Below are positions 41,928-50,551 of a stretch of DNA of 64,000 nt, piece by piece. Both the position numbers and the translations under genes were made by a program. Position 1 is the stretch's first letter. Each line of letters opens with the position of its first letter. The stretch covers positions 35,893 to 99,892 of the forward strand of contig DATAKA010000120.1 in assembly GCA_036261855.1 (NCBI GenBank), in the 5' to 3' direction. This DNA is from Phycisphaerales bacterium (lineage in GTDB: Bacteria; Planctomycetota; Phycisphaerae; Phycisphaerales; UBA1924). The notes beneath the pieces were generated by a model. It was not told the DNA's origin and ran no database searches. It worked only from the letters and a program-made list of their open reading frames with translations.

Positions 41928-42695
41928 GGAGGGGCCGACGACAATGCAGCCCATGTTTTCGGATCCCGGGGTGGTCAGGTAGGCGGGGTCCAGCTGCTGA
42001 CCCAGGGCCGGGAACCAGGCCTGCTCGACGGGGTCGGAGGTGAAGGGGCCGGGGATCGTGCCCAGCAGGTCCATGGACAGGACGGCACCGCAGGTGCGGA
42101 GGAAGGTGTCCGCCGTGAATCCGTCGGGCTCGGGGAGGACGTTGTCGGTGATGTCCAAGCCGCCAACCTGGGACGCGTACTGGAAGTGCGTGGGGCGGTT
42201 GTTGCCGTCTTTCATGCCAAGGGCATCGATGACGGTCGCCCACGGCGTGGCGTCAAGGACGCCATCGTTGTTGGTGTCGAGGTCCTGCCCCACGGCTCCG
42301 GTGAAGCCGCTGACGATCAGGAAGGTGTTGGAGCCATTCTCGATGTCGGGGCTGATGTCCTGCACGAACACGCTGGTCGCGGGGTCGGGTCCGCCGGGCA
42401 GGACGTTGGCCGCGTCGCGCCAGAGGAACAGCGAGTTGGTGCCGGTCACCTTTCCGTCGAGGCTCAGGGCCTGATCAATGATGCCGGTGACGCAGCCCGC
42501 GTCACAGTCACCCTCGATGATGAGCATGGTGAGGCCCGTCATGTCGAAGTTGGGCGCGGTGGACTTGAGCTCGATGTACTCGTTCGAGTTGTCCGGGCTG
42601 CCCGGCGGGTTGATCATCACCTCGTTGAACTGGACCTGGGCGCCTGCCGCGGACGCGAGCAGGGCGACCACCGAAATCACACACATCTTCTTCAT
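41730..42695 (-). CDS. Secreted lamin-tail-domain (LTD) protein with a C-terminal tandem dockerin-like module
   Basis: Signal peptide MKKMCVISVVALLASAAGAQ, the LTD-like start QFNEVMINPPGSPDNSNEYIELKS, and the C-terminal module. Confidence 0.75.
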   Translation of the reverse strand: MKKMCVISVVALLASAAGAQVQFNEVMINPPGSPDNSNEYIELKSTAPNFDMTGLTMLIIEGDCDAGCVTGIIDQALSLDGKVTGTNSLFLWRDAANVLPGGPDPATSVFVQDISPDIENGSNTFLIVSGFTGAVGQDLDTNNDGVLDATPWATVIDALGMKDGNNRPTHFQYASQVGGLDITDNVLPEPDGFTADTFLRTCGAVLSMDLLGTIPGPFTSDPVEQAWFPALGQQLDPAYLTTPGSENMGCIVVGPSCDAIDYNGDGLFPDTADIDDFLSVFSGGVCSTGTCGDIDFNNDGLFPDTLDIDSLLSVFSGGACL

Positions 42696-42745
42696 TGTAT
42701 TCTTCCTTTCTCTCCAAAGACTCGGACGTGACTCACCCGGCGGTA

Positions 42746-43744
42746 CTAGAAGTTGAGGCCGTTGCGTGTCAGCCACCCGCCGAACACCTTGCCCTCAAGC
42801 TCGTCGTACAGCAGAACGTTCTGGATACTCCCGTAGGTTCCGGCGCTGCCGCTCCACTCACCGTCGCGCTTGCCGCTGTCGGCAAACTGCTCCACGTGCG
42901 CGTCCGCGAACAGCATGTTGCCGTAGAACCGGTCGTGGTCGTGCTCGGCGTCGGCGATCTTCGGGCCTTTGCCGTGGACGGGTCCGAAGTCCTCGAAGCG
43001 CTGGCGGCCGGTGCCCGCGCCCTGGATGCCGGGCGGGTTCACCATGGTGGTGGGGCCGTCGGAGAGCACCTTGGCGCCGACGAGCTGACCGCCCCGGTAC
43101 AGCACCATGTCTCCCTGCTCCGGGTTGGCGATCACGGTGGCGTCGCCGATCATGACGACGCGCGAGGGGGTGGTGGTCGCACCGACGGACTTGTCCGCGA
43201 GCGGCCCGCGGAGCTTGGTGCGGTTCTTAAAGTCGTTGTATTGGCGGTGGTCTTTGACGTCGGTGTGGGCCATCTGCCAGCTCTGGCAGTAGTTGGTGTT
43301 CAGCCCCTTGGTGATGAACTCGTCCACGTCCGCGAGCGTGAACGTCTGGTACGCCTGCGAGTTGAGGCGGTTCATGTTGAGCGACTGGCTCGCTTGTGCG
43401 GGGCTGCTGGGGCAGAGCATCTTGCCCGGGATGCCGTAGCCGCCGTTGAGCACGTCGGCGACCCACCCTGTTGTGTCGATGCGGCCGTACCCCTCCATGA
43501 GCGAGTTGTCCCAGGAGCCCGAGGAGTAGAACCCGCGGTGGGAGGCGCTGTAGGACTCGAAGGAGATACCAAACTGCCGGAGGTTCGACTTGCACTTGAC
43601 CGTCCGGCCCGTCTCCCGCACGGACGCGACACTCGGGAGGAGCAGGCCGAGGAGCAGGGCGATCACGGCGATGACGACGAGCAGCTCGATGAGGGTGAAC
43701 GCGCGCGGGCGTGGCCCCGTTGTCTCAGCGAAGCTGTGCGGCAT
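42746..43744 (-). CDS. DUF1559-type pseudopilin (prepilin-type N-terminal cleavage/methylation domain protein)
   Basis: [26 protein letters not shown]-terminal motif, and a C-terminal [12 protein letters not shown] block resembling the DUF1559 end motif. The 50-nt gap to the downstream LTD gene suggests co-transcription. Confidence 0.8.
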   Translation of the reverse strand: MPHSFAETTGPRPRAFTLIELLVVIAVIALLLGLLLPSVASVRETGRTVKCKSNLRQFGISFESYSASHRGFYSSGSWDNSLMEGYGRIDTTGWVADVLNGGYGIPGKMLCPSSPAQASQSLNMNRLNSQAYQTFTLADVDEFITKGLNTNYCQSWQMAHTDVKDHRQYNDFKNRTKLRGPLADKSVGATTTPSRVVMIGDATVIANPEQGDMVLYRGGQLVGAKVLSDGPTTMVNPPGIQGAGTGRQRFEDFGPVHGKGPKIADAEHDHDRFYGNMLFADAHVEQFADSGKRDGEWSGSAGTYGSIQNVLLYDELEGKVFGGWLTRNGLNF

Positions 43745-43900
43745 GCGGTCGCTCCTCGGCCGCGCGGCGTGCGCAGTGGGTCAAGCAAAGGCACCGCGTG
43801 TTGAGCGGGCGTTTACGTTGAGCGAAGGTGGTATGAAGACTGCGCAAGCACGGGTTGCGGTGCGGGGCCGGGTGTTGGGCGCAACCTCTGCGCCCAGGCG

Positions 43901-44080
43901 GGTTTGTGCGGTGCGCTGGTTGACGCGGGCGGTCGATCCGCGAGTTGCTTTTCGGACGCGGGTGGTTTGTGCAGTGCGCAACGCGCGCGCCGTCCGTGGA
44001 GTGCGGGTCCGATTGCGCCGATACGGAGATGTCCGTCGATCTCCAGAAACAACCGGAAGAGGTGTTGCGTGCGCACAAAC
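43901..44080. promoter_or_regulatory. Three copies of a GTTTGTGCG-type motif in the divergent control region
   Basis: GGTTTGTGCGGTGCGC (43901-43916) and GGTTTGTGCAGTGCGC (43964-43979) are direct copies 63 nt apart. GCGTGCGCACAAAC (44067-44080) is the inverted copy. GACGCGGG is also duplicated (43922 and 43955). Confidence 0.35.
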
Positions 44081-44101
44081 AGGCGGTCCAGTGGCGGCTG
44101 G

Positions 44102-45949
44102 GTGTCCAGCTGGGTCGTGGGTCGCGGGAAAGGCCCACAGTTCGCGGTCGGCGCTTCGCTGACCGGGCTGCTTGCGCTCACGCTCTGCGCCGGGGGTGCG
44201 TGGACCTTTTACACCCACGCGCGCGCCTCGCGCGAGGGCGAAGTGCGCAGCCTGTCTGTCACCGCGACCACCATGACTCACGCCGCGGAGCAGATGCTCG
44301 CCAGCGGCGACGCCACGGGACTGCAACACCTTGTTTCTGAGTGCGCGATCGATGCGGGTCTGGACGGAGCCACGCTCTCGCTCGACGGCGTGGGCGTGGT
44401 CGCGGACAAGGCGATCGGCAACGTCGCGGTGCGGGACATCCCGGCCTCGTGGGGCGTGGCGGGCGCAGCATCGCCGGGCAATGACACACGGCTCGCCAAC
44501 AACACCATCACACTGACACGGCGTGTGCAGGTGGCGGGGAAGGGCGATGCAACGCTGACCCTCATTCGCAAGTACACCCCACCGGTGCTGGGTGACTTCA
44601 ACGCCCAGGCGGGCCTGGGCGGGATCGCCGCGGGCGTCGCGGCGGTGGGGTACCTGGTGTTCCGCTCGCTGCGGTCGCGCATGCGGGGCCTGGGGGCGAT
44701 CAGCGAGGCGCTGCACCAGGCGTCGGCGTTCGCGCCCGGCGAGCTCCCGGCGGCGGCGATGCGCATCAGCGACGAACTGGGCGACGATGCGATCATGTGG
44801 AACCGGCTGATTGCGGACCGTGATACCTCGGTGGCCCGGCGCGACATCGAGGCGGCGGCGATGCGTCAGCAGATGCCTGGTGGTGCGGGCGGCGACTCCG
44901 CGGCCGCGTTTGACGCGTTGTGGATGGGGCTGATCGTGCTGGACGCCGACGGCAAGGTGCGGGCGATCAACGGCGCGGCGGCGGTCTTCCTGAAGCACCC
45001 CCGGCAGGAGATCGTCTCGCGCGATCTCTCCGCGTACGTGTCGGACAAGGGTGTCATGGAGGTCGTGGACGGCGTCGTCAAGGGGCGCACGAAGCAGCGC
45101 ACGGTGGTTGAAACGACGATCTCAGATGAGTCCAAGGGCTCGGAGCAGACGATTCTTCGGATGACCATCCGGCCGATGCGCAAGGAGGACGGGGCGGCGG
45201 CGCTGCTCGTGGTCGAGGACATCACCCAGCAGCGCGTGGCGGACGACTCCCGCAACGCGTTCGTCGCGCAGGCAACGCACGAGCTGCGGACACCGCTTAC
45301 CAACATCCGCCTGTACCTCGAGCAGCTGGTCGAAGAGGGCGACAGCGACCCGCTGGTCAAGGCGCGGTGCATCAACGCCATCAGCCAGCAGGCCCGGCGC
45401 CTGGAGCGCACCGTGGGGGACATGCTGAGTGTGAGCGAGATCGAGGCGGGCACCTTCCGCCTGCACACGGACGACGTCCGCCTCGAGACACTCTTTGAAG
45501 AGCTCCGGGAAGACTTCGGCGCGTCCGCGGCGGACAAGGAGATCGAGTTCACCGTGGAGCTGCCGCCCAAGCTTCCGCAGCTGAACGCCGACCGGGACAA
45601 GATCGCGATGGCGCTGCACAACCTGGTGGGCAACGCGATGAAGTACACGCCCACCGGCGGGAAGGTGATGGTCCGCGTGAGCGACGACGGGCAGGCGCTC
45701 CGCGTTGATGTTACGGACAACGGGATCGGCATCAGCGAGGAGGAGCAGGAGCTCATCTTCGACAAGTTCTACCGCAGCAAGGACAAGCGCATCGGCAGCA
45801 TCACCGGCAGTGGTATCGGCCTCGCGCTGGCGCGGCAGGTGGTCCGCCTGCATGGCGGGGACATCCGCGTGCAGAGCGCAATCGACAAGGGCAGCACGTT
45901 CACGCTCACGGTGCCGTTGCACCGCGGGGCGGTGAAGATCGCGGCGTAA
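44102..45949 (+). CDS. Membrane sensor histidine kinase (TM - HAMP-like - PAS - HisKA - HATPase)
   Basis: ATHELRTPLTNIRLYLE H-box, NLVGNAMKYT, DNGIGIS, GSGIGLALARQVV. The start is uncertain. The ORF is open from 43904 (ATG), but that extension covers the repeat-bearing intergenic region. The GTG at 44102 leaves a short basic N-terminus before the first TM segment. Confidence 0.8.
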   Translation: MSSWVVGRGKGPQFAVGASLTGLLALTLCAGGAWTFYTHARASREGEVRSLSVTATTMTHAAEQMLASGDATGLQHLVSECAIDAGLDGATLSLDGVGVVADKAIGNVAVRDIPASWGVAGAASPGNDTRLANNTITLTRRVQVAGKGDATLTLIRKYTPPVLGDFNAQAGLGGIAAGVAAVGYLVFRSLRSRMRGLGAISEALHQASAFAPGELPAAAMRISDELGDDAIMWNRLIADRDTSVARRDIEAAAMRQQMPGGAGGDSAAAFDALWMGLIVLDADGKVRAINGAAAVFLKHPRQEIVSRDLSAYVSDKGVMEVVDGVVKGRTKQRTVVETTISDESKGSEQTILRMTIRPMRKEDGAAALLVVEDITQQRVADDSRNAFVAQATHELRTPLTNIRLYLEQLVEEGDSDPLVKARCINAISQQARRLERTVGDMLSVSEIEAGTFRLHTDDVRLETLFEELREDFGASAADKEIEFTVELPPKLPQLNADRDKIAMALHNLVGNAMKYTPTGGKVMVRVSDDGQALRVDVTDNGIGISEEEQELIFDKFYRSKDKRIGSITGSGIGLALARQVVRLHGGDIRVQSAIDKGSTFTLTVPLHRGAVKIAA

Positions 45950-45985
45950 TCGGCAGGGCTCAGGCGTACCAGAAAGGAGGAACCC

Positions 45986-46324
45986 ATGGATGTCCAGGAA
46001 CAGCGGCACGGAGCGGTGACGGTCATCAAGCCCGTGGGGCCACTCCTCCAGGATGACGCAACCAAGTTCCGCCAGCGCCTGGGCGACGTGATGACGCGGA
46101 GCCTCGGGCGGTTTGTGCTGGACGCTTCGGGCGTCGCGTACGTGGATAGTCAGGGGCTCGAGGTGCTTGTGCAGGCCGCGGAGCAGCTCGCGGAGGGCGG
46201 GCGCGCGATGCGGCTGTCGGGCGCGACCGAGACGCTGCGCGAGGTGCTGGACCTGACGGGCGTTTCCGACCGCTTTGAGCACTACGCGGACGTCAACACC
46301 GCCGTGAGGAGCTTCCTCTCGTGA
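45986..46324 (+). CDS. STAS-domain protein (anti-sigma-factor-antagonist fold)
   Basis: 112 aa, with VTVIKPVGPL...FVLDASGVAYVDSQGLEVLV...LRLSGATETLREVLDLTGV. The SpoIIAA-type DSxG serine is present (Ser55, nt 46148-46150). Confidence 0.85.
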   Translation: MDVQEQRHGAVTVIKPVGPLLQDDATKFRQRLGDVMTRSLGRFVLDASGVAYVDSQGLEVLVQAAEQLAEGGRAMRLSGATETLREVLDLTGVSDRFEHYADVNTAVRSFLS

Positions 46325-48210
46325 ACCTGCCGTTCATCCATCGCGCGGGCGATCCCATCCCGCCGCCCGGCGGCCAGGGGGAAGCCGCGCCCAGGGCGGT
46401 GCAGCCCAATGTTGTGCCCGTGCCGGCAGCACCGGGCGGCAGCGCGGTGTCCAACCCCGCATTGCAGCAGCGCCGCATCCGCGTGGGTGACGTGCTGCTG
46501 CAGGACGGCGTCATCAGCAGGGAGCAGCTCGAGTCGGCGTTGGCGGAGCAGCGGGCAACGAGCAAGCTGCTGGGTGAGACGCTGGTCAGCCAGGGCACGA
46601 TCAGCCCGGCCACCCTGGTGCGGTCGCTGGCGAAGGTGCTGGGTGTGCCCGGGTGCACGCTGCGCCATGGCCTGATCGACCCGGCGATGCTCAAGCTGAT
46701 CGGCGCCGAGGAGGCCGAACGCCTCAAGTGCCTCCCGATGTTCAAGGTCGGCGAGACGCTCACGGTCGCGATGGCGGAACCGCAGAGCCTGCCGACCATT
46801 GATCGTCTGCGCCAACTGACGGGCCTCAAGGTGCGCCCGGTGCTGGCGCTGGAGGCGAACGTCAAGGAGTACATCCAGAAGTACTCGCGCGGCAACGTCG
46901 ACATCGACGCGTTCCTGACGAGCCTGACGGAGCAGGACGTCGAGGTGGTCGAGCGGGAAGCGGTGGACGAAGGTCCTTCGACCGACCTCGACAAGCTCGT
47001 CGCCGGCAACCCGATCGTCAACCTGATCAACATCGCGCTGCTCACGGCGGTCAAGGACCGGGCGAGCGACATCCACATCGAGCCCGACAAGCGGGGCACG
47101 CGCGTGCGGTACCGTGTGGACGGCGTGCTGCGCGACCTGATGAAGCCGCCGGTGGGCATGCACGCGGCCATCGTGTCGCGCGTCAAGGTCATCGGGAAGA
47201 TGGATATCGCCGAGAAGCGGCTGCCGCAGGAGGGCCGCGTGCGGATCGTCGCGGAGGGCCGCGAGATCGACCTGCGCGTGTCGAGCATGCCGACGCTGCT
47301 GGGCGAGAAGGTCGTGGTGCGCGTGCTGGACAAGGCGAACCTCAAGGTGCGGTTGGAGGATTTGGGTTTCCGGAAGGAGCCCCTTGAGACCTTCACGCGG
47401 TTCCTGAACCAGAGCCACGGCATGGCGCTCGTGACCGGGCCCACGGGCAGCGGCAAGACGACCACGCTGTACTCCGCGCTCGACCTGCTGCGCAGCCCCG
47501 AGGTGAACATCGTGACGGTCGAGGACCCGGTCGAGTACCAGCTCGAGATGATCAACCAGATCCAGGTGCACGAGCAGATCGGCCTTTCGTTCGCGCGGGC
47601 CCTGCGGAGCATCCTGCGCCAGGACCCCGACATCATCATGGTGGGTGAGATTCGTGACGAGGCGACGGCGCGCGTGGCGGTGCAGGCAGCGCTCACCGGA
47701 CACCTGGTGCTGGCAACCCTGCACACGAACGATGCGCCCGGGGCGGTCGCGCGCCTCGTGGACATGGGCATCGAGACGTACCTGCTGAGCGGTGCGCTGA
47801 ACGGCGCTGTGGCGCAGCGGCTGGCCCGCACCATCTGCCCGTCGTGCGCGACCAAGTACTTCCCCGCGGAGCACGTGCTGAGGGACGCGGGCATTCCGCA
47901 CGAAGTTGGCCGCGCGTTCCGCAAGGGCGCGGGCTGCCAGCGGTGCCACGACAGCGGCTTCCAGGGCCGCCAGGGCGTGTACGAGGTCTTTGAGGTGACA
48001 CCGGACCTGCGTCGGATGATCCACCACGGCCGGCCGACGCACGAGCTCCGCGCGAAGATGAAGGACGCGGGGTGCCTCACGCTCCGCGAGGAGGGTGTGC
48101 AGCTCGCGCTTGACGGCCGGACGAGCCTGGAGGAGATTCTGCGCGTCACCCAGAACGACGACGAACTGCCCGCCGACAGCTCTCCGCTCGCCGCGAAGGA
48201 GGCCGCATGA
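46321..48210 (+). CDS. gspE: GspE/PilB-family secretion ATPase with an MshEN-like N-terminal domain
   Basis: Walker A GPTGSGKTT, Asp/His boxes, and a tetracysteine motif (CPSC...CQRC). The N-terminal RVGDVLLQDGVISREQLESALAEQ and LLGETLVSQGTISPATLVRSLA match the MshEN/T2SSE_N repeat. The GTG start overlaps the STAS stop codon (GTGA). Confidence 0.92.
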   Translation: MNLPFIHRAGDPIPPPGGQGEAAPRAVQPNVVPVPAAPGGSAVSNPALQQRRIRVGDVLLQDGVISREQLESALAEQRATSKLLGETLVSQGTISPATLVRSLAKVLGVPGCTLRHGLIDPAMLKLIGAEEAERLKCLPMFKVGETLTVAMAEPQSLPTIDRLRQLTGLKVRPVLALEANVKEYIQKYSRGNVDIDAFLTSLTEQDVEVVEREAVDEGPSTDLDKLVAGNPIVNLINIALLTAVKDRASDIHIEPDKRGTRVRYRVDGVLRDLMKPPVGMHAAIVSRVKVIGKMDIAEKRLPQEGRVRIVAEGREIDLRVSSMPTLLGEKVVVRVLDKANLKVRLEDLGFRKEPLETFTRFLNQSHGMALVTGPTGSGKTTTLYSALDLLRSPEVNIVTVEDPVEYQLEMINQIQVHEQIGLSFARALRSILRQDPDIIMVGEIRDEATARVAVQAALTGHLVLATLHTNDAPGAVARLVDMGIETYLLSGALNGAVAQRLARTICPSCATKYFPAEHVLRDAGIPHEVGRAFRKGAGCQRCHDSGFQGRQGVYEVFEVTPDLRRMIHHGRPTHELRAKMKDAGCLTLREEGVQLALDGRTSLEEILRVTQNDDELPADSSPLAAKEAA

Positions 48211-49460
48211 AGATCGGCTACAGCGGCTTCGACAAGTCCGGCAAGCCCACGCGCGGCTTCGTGGACGCTCCCGATGCGCAGGAGGCGGTGGAGCTTCTGC
48301 GGCGGCAGGGCGTGTTCGTGGCGGAGGTCCACGCCGCGAGCCAGGCGCTCGCGGAGAGTGAAGAGTCCGGCGGTGGCGTGCAGGCGCAGCGCAGTGGCCT
48401 GTTCGGCAGCGGCTCGCGCGTCGAGAAAGTGTCGTCGATGGCGCGCCAGCTTGCGATTCTCATCACCACCGGCACGCCGGTGGTGGACGCCATCGCGTCC
48501 ATCGAGCGGCAAACGCCGCAGGGTGAATGGCGCGACACCGTGGCGGGTGTGCGGAGCAAGGTGGAAGAGGGCAAGTCGCTCGCCGAGGCGATGGCCGCGT
48601 ACCCGCGGTACTTTGACGCGGTGTGCCGCAGCCTGGTGGCCGCCGGCGAGACCGGCGGCAAGCTGGACGTGATGCTGGATCGGCTGGCGCGGCTGCTGCG
48701 TCAGCAGGTGAAGGTCCGGAAGCAGATCACCGGGGCGATGGTGTACCCGACGCTGCTCATGGGTGTCGCCGGCGCGGTGGTTGTGGTGATGATGACCTTT
48801 GTGCTGCCGCGGTTCGAGGGCCTGTTCAAGTCGATCGGCTCGGACTTGCCGCCGCTGACCAAGGTGCTCATGGCGTGCAGCCACTTCATGCGAGACTCGT
48901 GGATGTGGCTTGTGGGCGGGCTGTGTGTCGTGGTGACGGCGGGCGTGGTCTACTTCCGCAGCGAGGCGGGCAGGCTCGCGATCGACAAGGCCATGGTGCG
49001 GCTGCCGCAGGTGGGCAAGGTGACGCGGGCGTTCTCGATGGCGCGCATCGCGCGGGTCCTGGGCGTGCTGCTGGACGGCAAGGTGCCGCTGCTGGACGCC
49101 CTGGCGCTCACGCGATCATCGATGAAGAACTCGCTCTACCAGAGGCTCGTTGGGCGCGCCGAGGACGCGGTGATCCGTGGTGAGACGCTCAGCAGTGCGC
49201 TGGCGGACCCGACACTGATGTCCCCCGCGATGGTGGAGGCGGTGCGCAGCGGCGAGCGGTCCGGGCAGTTGGCGCCCGTGCTCACCGCCATCGCCGAGCA
49301 CATGGACGAGGACAACGAGGTGGCGATGAAGACGCTCACGGGGCTCATCGAGCCGGCGATCCTGCTGGTGCTCGGGCTGGTTGTGGGCAGCGTGGCCGTG
49401 GGCATGATGCTGCCGCTGTTTGATCTTGTGGCCTCCGGCACGAATGGGGGTGGGCATTGA
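48207..49460 (+). CDS. gspF: GspF/PilC-family platform protein
   Basis: Two T2SSF repeats with 3 TM segments. The ATGA overlaps the ATPase gene stop. Confidence 0.9.
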   Translation: MKIGYSGFDKSGKPTRGFVDAPDAQEAVELLRRQGVFVAEVHAASQALAESEESGGGVQAQRSGLFGSGSRVEKVSSMARQLAILITTGTPVVDAIASIERQTPQGEWRDTVAGVRSKVEEGKSLAEAMAAYPRYFDAVCRSLVAAGETGGKLDVMLDRLARLLRQQVKVRKQITGAMVYPTLLMGVAGAVVVVMMTFVLPRFEGLFKSIGSDLPPLTKVLMACSHFMRDSWMWLVGGLCVVVTAGVVYFRSEAGRLAIDKAMVRLPQVGKVTRAFSMARIARVLGVLLDGKVPLLDALALTRSSMKNSLYQRLVGRAEDAVIRGETLSSALADPTLMSPAMVEAVRSGERSGQLAPVLTAIAEHMDEDNEVAMKTLTGLIEPAILLVLGLVVGSVAVGMMLPLFDLVASGTNGGGH

Positions 49461-50551
49461 ACCACATGTTCTCGCCCACGGCGGGCGCGATCGGGATTGA
49501 CGTCGGTGAGGCGACCGTGCGGGCGGTGCAGGTGCGTTGGCGCGGCGGGCGGGCGCACCTCGCGGCCGGGCTCGCGTGGCCGCTGCGGACGCCGGGCACG
49601 TTTGCCCAGGAGGACGCGGGAGCGTTCGCCGAGGCGCTGCACCGCTCGGGGTTTCAGGGGCGCGACGTGATCGCGTTCGCGCCGCACCGGTCGCTTCTCA
49701 CGACGACCATGGAGTTGCCGCCTCGCACGAGCGCGGCACCGATCCGGCAGCTTGCGCGCGTGGAGATGGCGCGGATCCATCGGCTGGAAGTAAACTCCTT
49801 CGAGCTGGGCATGTGGGACACGCCAACGCCCGATCGGCGCCCCGGCGCGACGCACGCGATCGTGACGGCGCTGCCGACGCAGGCCGGCGAGGCCATGGCT
49901 TCGCTCTTTGCCGACGCCGGGCTGCGGCTCCTGTGCCTGGATACGCAGATGTGCGCGCTGGCCCGCGTGTGCGACAGGGCGGTCTCCGCCGTCCCAAGCC
50001 TGGTCGGCGTCGTGAAAGTCGGGTGGAGCGGCTGCCGGGTGATGCTGATGCACGTCGGCGGCCCGGACGGCGTGCTGCCCGTGTACGAGCGCGTGGTCGA
50101 AGAGGTATCGCTCGCGGCCCTGACGAAGTGCGTCGAAGAGAAGCTGGGCCTGAGCCGCGAGGGCGTGCAGTTGGCGCTGTGTTCGAGCGCTGAAGATGTT
50201 GCGGCCGATGCGCCATCGCGCGACCTGCTCCGCCACGCCCGGGCATTCCAGGGAGAGTTCTTGGACAGGCTGGTGACCGAGACGCAGCGGTCGTTCTCGT
50301 ACGCGGTGCAGATGTACCCGACGCTGCCGATGACCACCGTGCTCGTCACGGGGGAGGGCCACCGGGTCCGTGGCCTGAAGGAACGGATTGCGAACACGCT
50401 GGGCCTGGATGCGCGGGACCTGGTGCCCTCGGACGCCGCTGTCGCGCAGGAGGGAAGCACCCTCGGCGCAGATGGATCGCTCGTGCCGGCCCTTGGCCTC
50501 GCGATGCTCCCTGCCGCCGTCGCGGTGCCGACCGCACGGAGGGCCGCATGA
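49457..50551 (+). CDS. pilM: PilM-like actin-fold assembly protein
   Basis: GIDVGEATVRAVQV N-terminal motif and about 360 aa in length. It starts at a TTG overlapping the upstream stop, or at the in-frame ATG at 49466. Confidence 0.7.
   Translation: MNHMFSPTAGAIGIDVGEATVRAVQVRWRGGRAHLAAGLAWPLRTPGTFAQEDAGAFAEALHRSGFQGRDVIAFAPHRSLLTTTMELPPRTSAAPIRQLARVEMARIHRLEVNSFELGMWDTPTPDRRPGATHAIVTALPTQAGEAMASLFADAGLRLLCLDTQMCALARVCDRAVSAVPSLVGVVKVGWSGCRVMLMHVGGPDGVLPVYERVVEEVSLAALTKCVEEKLGLSREGVQLALCSSAEDVAADAPSRDLLRHARAFQGEFLDRLVTETQRSFSYAVQMYPTLPMTTVLVTGEGHRVRGLKERIANTLGLDARDLVPSDAAVAQEGSTLGADGSLVPALGLAMLPAAVAVPTARRAA

Noticed and set aside
33859-42695. Regularly recurring roughly 200-nt repeats as a CRISPR-like or other non-coding array
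   Set aside because: The repeats are in-frame 3' ends of long ORFs with signal peptides. Their spacing is 1.1-1.7 kb and the spacers are full genes.
43904-44101. ATG at 43904 as the histidine kinase start
   Set aside because: The 66-aa extension is Cys/Arg/Ser-rich with no domain. It overlaps the repeated-motif control region, and the first TM segment begins only after about residue 80. I kept it as an alternative start only.
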